Assembly: GCF_009834535.1 (NCBI RefSeq)
Contig: NC_045696.1
Span: 88,042,001-88,106,000, forward strand
DNA from: Camelus ferus
Lineage: Eukaryota
Direction of reading: 5' to 3'
DNA length: 64,000 nucleotides
The notes under the pieces are model-generated. The model saw only the letters and a program-made list of their open reading frames with translations, had not been told where the DNA came from and did not search any database. Positions 56,473 through 64,000 of this stretch are shown piece after piece. The translations under genes were made by a program, and so were the position numbers. Each line of letters starts with the position of its first letter. The stretch's first letter is position 1.

Positions 56473-59400
56473 TGTACGGCACACAATTTGTCAGCTAACA
56501 ATGCTAAAAATTTTGATACCTGTATCTACTAAGGATAGAAGGTCACTCAGGTCCATGGATATTCTTTTATCTCAGAAAAACATTCATGCAATGATAATTT
56601 TACTGAGGTTGAATAATTATGTCCTTTACTTAGTTAATGTTTTATTTTCAACAAACATAAAATGAACTACCTATCTTTTCTGAATACCACTTTGTACTGG
56701 GTACTTATTTTCTATTCATTAACTCCACTAATTCTCACTACAGCTCTGGGATCTCAACTAACTCATAGTTCCCATAATTAACTGTCTATATCTAACTCTC
56801 AACTCTATTTTCTTATTGCAGCAAAAGAGCCTTTCTTCACAGTTGTTGGTTGAGAGGATTCAGCCACATTAAATTACATAAATAGTAGATTCACTCATTT
56901 TAGCAATCCAACCATTAGACTTTGTCTTAAAGTCTCTTTTTAGTGGAAGAAAAAAGAACCTTAAATTCTTAAGACAAGTTCCTTCCACAGTATGATAGAG
57001 CAAGCCTTCCACATTACTCCTTTCATTATAAAGTTATCTGTAAAGTTAAGCTTTCAAATAACTATTTCCCCCAAATATTTAATTTTGTAATATACAAATT
57101 ATTCCTTCTCCCCATCTCCTTGCCCCCAACCCTGGTTCACACTGAAAAGTTCAGGAGGCAGACTGTTTGAGATAGGGTGTAAGTGAAGAGGTGGCCTCCA
57201 GTGTATTGAAGGTTCTTAAAGCATCTCTTCCTTTTATAGACATGGCCCATCTGTGCACATGTCTGAACAGTTTTTATTAAAATTCCCTTCCTGAACATTT
57301 ATTTATCCATGAAGCACTTTACAAAATAACTTTTCTTTGTAGACATTGTTATAAATATAGCAAATATAGCCAAGTTTTAAAAGTCAAACTATTATTATCC
57401 ATGCTTTTATCCAACCAAGTGAACCCCAGTCTCTCAATCAGTGTTGAAAGCATGCCTTTTGAACACATTAGAATAGGTGATGCTTCATAAGGGAATATTT
57501 TTGTTAGCTTGGGTGCCTGGTTTTGACCCAAAATAGCTTCAGCCATTTCTATCACACAGTGATTCCAATCACAGGAGTGTCACCTTTCAAGGTGAAGCTG
57601 AAACTGACTACAAGAATTTTAAAAATATCTTTCTTTTGCTATTTGGACTTTTTTATTATAGTCTTTCTGGCCAGGATATTTCTTCTTTTAGAAGATTTTT
57701 CTTCTAAATTTTCATGATTTGTAAATGTTACTGCAAGAGTAATAAACTCATACATTTGCCACTAAAGAGGGGATTTTCCCCCTTTTTTATAAATCAGAGA
57801 TACCAAAGCTTAGGCTCGCCTGTGTTTCTATGATGACAATCCCATATTTAAAGTTTTAAATATATTACACTTTCTTTATCCGCCACTTCATTCAGTAGTG
57901 ATAGTTGGCCTGGTGATAACATATTAATTATTCCCAAGCTCGTTATGAGGAGTTTTAGAAATAATATCAGGTTTGTTTCACACTTGCTGATTTCTGGTTG
58001 CTGTGAATTTTCTCCCATTATCTGTTTTATTTTTTAATGGCTTTAACCTATACTTCAAAGTGTTTCTTTTTGATTACCAAATGTTGTCACCAGCTGAAGA
58101 TTTGAATTTAAACAACTATACTTTAAGTAGGTAAATGAAGAATGACTTTAAAACCACAGCACATGGACTCACAGATACAGATTTGGGATACAATTATGTC
58201 AATTAGGAATGAGCATTGGAAGATGAGGTCCTTTGACACAGTGGCATAGATGTAGGCAAAGTCCTTGGATCTAATTACTGGCAGAATTTGAACTTATCTG
58301 TAGGAATTAATTTTTAGTGCATAATCAAAACTTTAAAACACTTGGTTTAAAAGAAGAAAAACTTCTCTTTCAGAAAAAAATTTTGTAGATCATCTGTAGA
58401 CTTCCAGGGGTCACACTCTCTACTCCTTTACGCTGACTGCCAGTATGTTGCCATTGAGCTCTTTTGGCTCAACTTCAGGGCACATGCGCTAGATTGCTCA
58501 TCTCAGATACCAAATCTTCCACTTGCGCTCTTGGGCCATTCTCTTTCTCTCTAGGCTCTCAAAGCAACAACCAACCAATTAGTCAAAAAGGAGTTTTGCT
58601 ATTTATGCTTACAATAAAACCATTTTTAAAATGTTTACTCATCTTTAATCATAAATTTTATCAAGATCATTGATATAATCCTATCCAGCACTATCCAGTG
58701 AAGAAGCAGGATGGAAACAGTTTCATCACAATCAAAGCCTCCCATTTCAAACCTTCAGAAAAGTTGCAAGAATAGTACAATACACAAGAATATACTCTCC
58801 ACGTAGAATCATGTTTCTCAACCTTTCTTTCAATATAACCCTCCTAAGGCAAACTTATATATAATTTTTCCTAATTGCCAACTCCCACCCAGGGGTTTAA
58901 TACTACAGATACATTATACATCTGTTTATGTGCTGCATGTATACTTACATTTACAGATAAAAGGAGTATTTTTGGCCTCCCAAGAAACAATTTCCACCCT
59001 CTTGGAATGATATTGCTCCAGCAGGGAATGCATTATCTAGATACACACTTGTTTAACATCCCCACAACTACTTTCTCTGTTATTAATTCTTTACACACAC
59101 ACACGTGCACACACATGCACATACATATAATTTTATATTAATTAAATAAATTTATTGGGCATATAATTTTATTAAATTTTTTTTTCAAGAAAAATTGACA
59201 CTCCAGAAAGAAGTATCATATTCTTCTTGAAGCATATGAGCCCAGGGACAAGCCTAGCCCAGTTAGAGACCTACTCCGTTCTGTTAGACCCAACAGTAAA
59301 TACAGCAGCTAATTTTAAGCAAAGAACTTCCATGGTGATTCCTCCAATATTAATTAGTTGCAAATTGTTTAACTATATAATTGGATGATCCGACCTAATG

Positions 59401-60189
59401 AACAACAGAATACGTAGAAGAAATTGCCATAAATGATTGAGTTTGACATTGGTTGATCTGAGTACACTTATTTTTTTTTACCAAAATTAATTAGTATAAG
59501 CTGTTCATAATTAGTAAATTACCTCAGATCTAAAAAGCTTGATTATTTTTTCTTAATAATTAAGTTAAGATACACAGGCTTTCCAGGTGTCAAGTTAGAT
59601 CTGGGGGGTTCAATCAGGTCACTCACCAGACTCTGGCCATGGTACTGAAATGTGAAAACCTCCTCACTGCTGGTTCTGGCAGCTGAGCCCTCATTTGCCT
59701 CTAAGGATTTACTTGAGCTCTTTAGAGGTGATAAAGAGTTTATGATATTCAACTTGATAAGATCCTAAGTGGGTACTTCTAAAATCCATTTTTAAGACAA
59801 ATTTGTTTTATATATTTAGATCCATGCAGAAGATTTTTGTTTGAAAAAATATTTCCATGATAAAAATGTTTAAATTTACTGCCATATATTGAAAACTACC
59901 CTCTCTTTCATATTGACTCATAATGTAGATAGGGATAGGTTAAATCGTAGGTCCCTAAAAGGAAGGTTATGTATTTTATACATGAACAAAATTATGACAG
60001 GATGTAAGAGACAATGCTCCCCAGTTCTGAAGCTCAGAAGCAGTTTCCTTCAAGTAACAAAGGTGAGAGTAGCCAACCTACCTGACTTCTGGGAAAGTGT
60101 GCATTTGTTTGTTAAAGCCAGAGGGGAGAGAGAGAGGCTGGTAACAGGAAAAGAAAAATTTTTTAATAATAATACATTAAGCAACATAA

Positions 60190-61030
60190 ACTAACAGTTC
60201 ATTGAAAATAAAATATTAATGGCTTGTAATATGTTAAAATGTGCTAAACCTCACTCATTATAACGTAAATGTAAATTAAAAATACACTGAAATACATTCT
60301 TTCTCTATCATAAAGAAAATAACAAAAAGTTTGAGAACATTCTAAGTTGGCAAGTGGATGCAGTAACAGGCATTCTTATACTTTGCTAGGCAGGGGTATA
60401 AATTAGTACCTACTCTGTAGAGGACAATTTGGCAACATTCATCAAAAAAAAAACAAAACCTCAAGCACACATATCCTTGGAGTGTGGAATGCACTTCCAG
60501 GAGATTATCCTAGAGATATATTTGCATATAGACATATACACATATATGTATATGTGCACATAATACACACACACACACACACACACACACCAAAGAAAGC
60601 TTTGCAGAATTTTATAATTGCAAAAATATCCAGAAACAAAATGTCCCTTAATAAGGTGCTAAAGAAACTATAATTAAATAATATAATGTTATATTACTAG
60701 TTTTTAAAAATAAAAGGCAGCTCTACATGCACAATTGTAGAACAATCTAAGATAGTTAAGATTTTCTTTTGAAAGTAAAATGCAGAAAAGAATATATATT
60801 GTTATCTGTTTTAAAAGTATGATTATAATCATACAAGTTTATGGAGACAAGATATTTCTAGAAAGATACAGCAAGAAACAGGTAACAATAGTGGTCTTTC
60901 TGAGGGAAATGGGAAGTTAAAGGGTGGAACAGTGGCTTCCTTTCCACTGTCCACCCTCTTTGTACCCATTGACTTTTATACCATGTACATGTATCACCTA
61001 TTCAAAAATAAATACCAATTTTTTTTAAAT
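60190..61030 (+). mobile_element. Old L1ME-type 3' fragment with internal (CA)n
   Basis: GGGGTATAAATTAGTAC..GGACAATTTGGCAACAT..GGAGATTATCCTAGAGATA, ending in a 3'UTR-like sequence. Confidence 0.65.
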
Positions 61031-61104
61031 AAACAGAACTTAGCACACCAAAAGTAGAATCTTCAGTGCCCAAGAGAACTACCTTCCAAGAAAGTGATCA
61101 AATT

Positions 61105-61315
61105 AAGGGACTGGCAAACTTCTTCTGTAGGCTTAGGTAACAGATATTTTTGGCTTTGTGGACCATGGGTCTCTGTTTCAGCTTTTCTGTTAACTCTTCC
61201 AAAGCAGTACAGAAACAACCACAGACAACACATACACAATTGAGTGTGGCTGTTCTCCAATATACCTGGACAGAAACAAGCAGCAGGCTGAATGTGGCCT
61301 GCTGACTGAACCCCC
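61105..61315 (+). mobile_element. MER58A-like hAT-Charlie element
   Basis: GGGACTGGCAAACTT..TATTTTTGGCTTTGTGGACCAT..GTGTGGCTGTTCTCCAAT..GCAGGCTGAATGTGGCC. Confidence 0.7.
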
Positions 61316-64000
61316 TCATCTAACTCACTGTGGTCATTGTGATGAATGATTTTTTTCTCCTGTACAAGTCCTGGGTAGGGATGGTCTGAGAGATAATGCT
61401 GGTTAAGATTTCACCAACATAAATAAATAACCCCCAAAGATAAAGTATATATCAAACACACACACAAAAAAAGATTATTATGAATCACAAAATCATATCC
61501 ATTAGACATGATGTGAGTGAAGATTTATTTGTTTTCTTTATGGAAATGTCACCATCATGTATTTAAATGTTGAATAAATGTAATAGAGAGAGTAGACAGG
61601 AATAATAAGCTCTTACATTTTTTTTATTGCAGTACAGATAATTTAAAGACCCTGTTGAGAGTAATTGCACTAGGCTAATAAAAATATTGCATCTCCAAAT
61701 AGTAAGTATTGACAAATAAAACCAGAAGAATTTATGAAACTATAAAATATATCCACTCTTTCCACAAACCCTAATGTAGTATATCAAACAGATAATAAAT
61801 GTTTTGAGTAGATAATAAAGGGTAATGGTTTGGCTTTAATAACTTGCAAGCTACAAGAACCTCAAGTGAGAATGTTTTTATTAGCACTAAACTCAGTGTT
61901 CCAGCTTATTAGTAGATTTTGCTTAGTCATGATTTCAGTGATTCTTGTTTCCTTGTACACTAAAACCATTGTCAAGGATTTTTGTGCATCTCAATTGACA
62001 GGAGAAATAGTGTTTACTTTGATTTGCTTTCCTTGCAAGTTTGCAGTATGCATTTCAACAAAGTTATCAACATCCAAGGCTATCTGTAGGTCACATGAAC
62101 ACACTTAGAACATAACAGAAATTTAATAACACTCAGGTTGCTGAAAATGTCAAATAATAAGCAGCAGGTGTTAAAAAATTTAATAGGAATTCAGGGAAAT
62201 ATATGTTATTTTTATAGAATAATTTAGTGCAACAATGTCCTCCAGAATTCTATACCAAAAGACATAGCTGAAAAAAAGGAAAAGGTTTGACTAGCAATGA
62301 AGGGAAAAGTTTAACAAGGTGGTGTTAAGGTAACTTCAAACAAGTAAAAGACATGGTGTCAAATACATTGACAGACAAAGTAATAGCAAGAAACCACCAA
62401 GGTTAAAGCAAGTTCAACCATACTGTTGATAGGCTATCATTACAGTGGTTCCAAACACTTTGATTTGCAGCATCTTCGCTGAGCAAGTGAAAGATGACAG
62501 ATCAAAGCCATGGTACAGAAAGATGCCGTTTCACTCTGACTCAGACCTTCAGCGGCATACCTCACTTTTAATCTCTTGGCCTGCAATTGGCAGTGAAGAT
62601 CAAGGCATCTTTCTTTGCTTCTACTGGTTCAACAGCACAGTCCCCTTTAAAATAACCATAGTATTTCACCAGCAGGCAGCCAGATCACGAGGCTGTCAAC
62701 AAATCCCCGTTTCCTCACAGTAAAGAGTTTTCTAAATACTTTGGATTAAGTGTGCTTGGAATCAGGACACAGTATGTCTTAAATTCTGAAAAACACACCA
62801 GTGACTTATAAGCTTCGTGAGATTTGCCAAGTTACATCTGTCAAGGACCCACCTCAGAGCTCTGGCAGGACTTCAAGGACTTCACATCTATAATTTGAAA
62901 ACATATCAGCTGTATTGCTCTGTGTATCCTTCTGGTAACATAAGGACGAAAATCAAGTCTCCTTAGGCTGGACTTAAAATTATTCTAGGGAGTCTAACTC
63001 TTTCAAAAACTTAAAAACTCTTTATACAAAACATCAACAGAAACAGTAATAATGTATATTCTGTATTAAAAAGGTATGGGAAACAGAACACCAAACCTTA
63101 AGGAAAACATACAAAAATAGTTAAATTGATTTGATCACATAAAAGTTAGAAAGAACGCATGTCAAAAAAAACAAAAAACAAAAAAAAAACACCACCACCC
63201 TAGAAAGGCAAAAGATAAGCTGGGGGCATGGAACTTGCATATAATATACCCATCTACATGACTGATACATTTTCAGAGGATGAGAGAATTTACATAACTT
63301 TTCAAGTTTATCCAGCCAATGAATGGCATGGTTACTCAAATCTAGGTCTATCTGATCAAAAAGTCATCTGCTTAAACAAAGGAGGCTACAGAATAACAAG
63401 TCTAGTTATGTAAATAGATATTGGGACATTCATCTGTCTTTATACACCCAATTGTTAAGATTTTAAAAGAACTTTAAATCTCTATGACATATATTTCTGA
63501 ATTGTTTGATTGCTTTTAAATTGGTACACATTATTTTTATAAACAACATTCCTATGTTGAAATAATGTCAATTAAAATAATGAGATACCATTTTTCATTT
63601 ATTGAATTTGTTTTCAAAATATATAACAACCAATTGGGCTGAAGGCTTGGGAAAACAGGCATGTTCATACATTACTTTGGCATTTTATATGATTATGGAT
63701 GATTTCAATTTAGTATTTTCATTTCTAATTTTCTACTATAAACACATATTTATAATTTAATTTTTCAAATAAAGATATAGGAGAGACTATCAACTTAAAG
63801 TCAATCCAACAACAACGACAAAATAGATTCAAGTGCAAAACTAGGTAACAGCAGCTTTCTTTTCTTTTGGTTAAAAAATTACTGTTTCACTTGGGTAGGG
63901 TTATACCTTCTTTGATTTAGTTAAAAACTTGTGGTACCTCAGGTCTGCATGGCACTCCCAAGCCCGTTGTCTTCTTTCAGAGTATCAGAGGGAAACTGTC

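Noticed and set aside
62559..62643. Minus-strand AG..GT-bounded segment as a coding exon
   Set aside because: Stops in all three frames and a weak acceptor

Overview
Mammalian, AT-rich, repeat-dense DNA that looks intronic or intergenic. The tRNA-derived SINEs resemble the Vic-1 type, which points to a camelid (inference). No host protein-coding exon could be recognised. The largest feature is a full-length, relatively young but ORF2-disrupted LINE-1 on the minus strand (about 1455-8586). It has a 17-bp TSD, a CpG-rich YY1-containing 5'UTR, an intact ORF1, a 404-nt inter-ORF region and a short 3' transduction. A second, 5'-truncated L1 of a related subfamily lies on the plus strand (31200-33852, 15-bp TSD). 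The rest is nested LTR elements (MER41-like, MER34/39-like, MER68, MER21/77-like, MLT1, a decayed class I ERV), DNA transposon fossils (MER2, MER20, MER33, MER58, MER63), and L2, MIR and old L1 fragments. Family names come from remembered consensus sequences and need RepeatMasker/Dfam confirmation. The most notable observations are: (1) a 75-codon third ORF in the L1 inter-ORF region, with strong Kozak context, a preceding splice-acceptor-like tract, and a stop overlapping the ORF2 start; (2) a 36-bp 3' transduction; (3) an identical frameshift shared by the two otherwise diverged L1 copies; (4) an iteratively templated L1 5' junction; (5) a TSD-flanked poly(A)-only insertion; (6) GAS motifs in two MER41-like solo LTRs.
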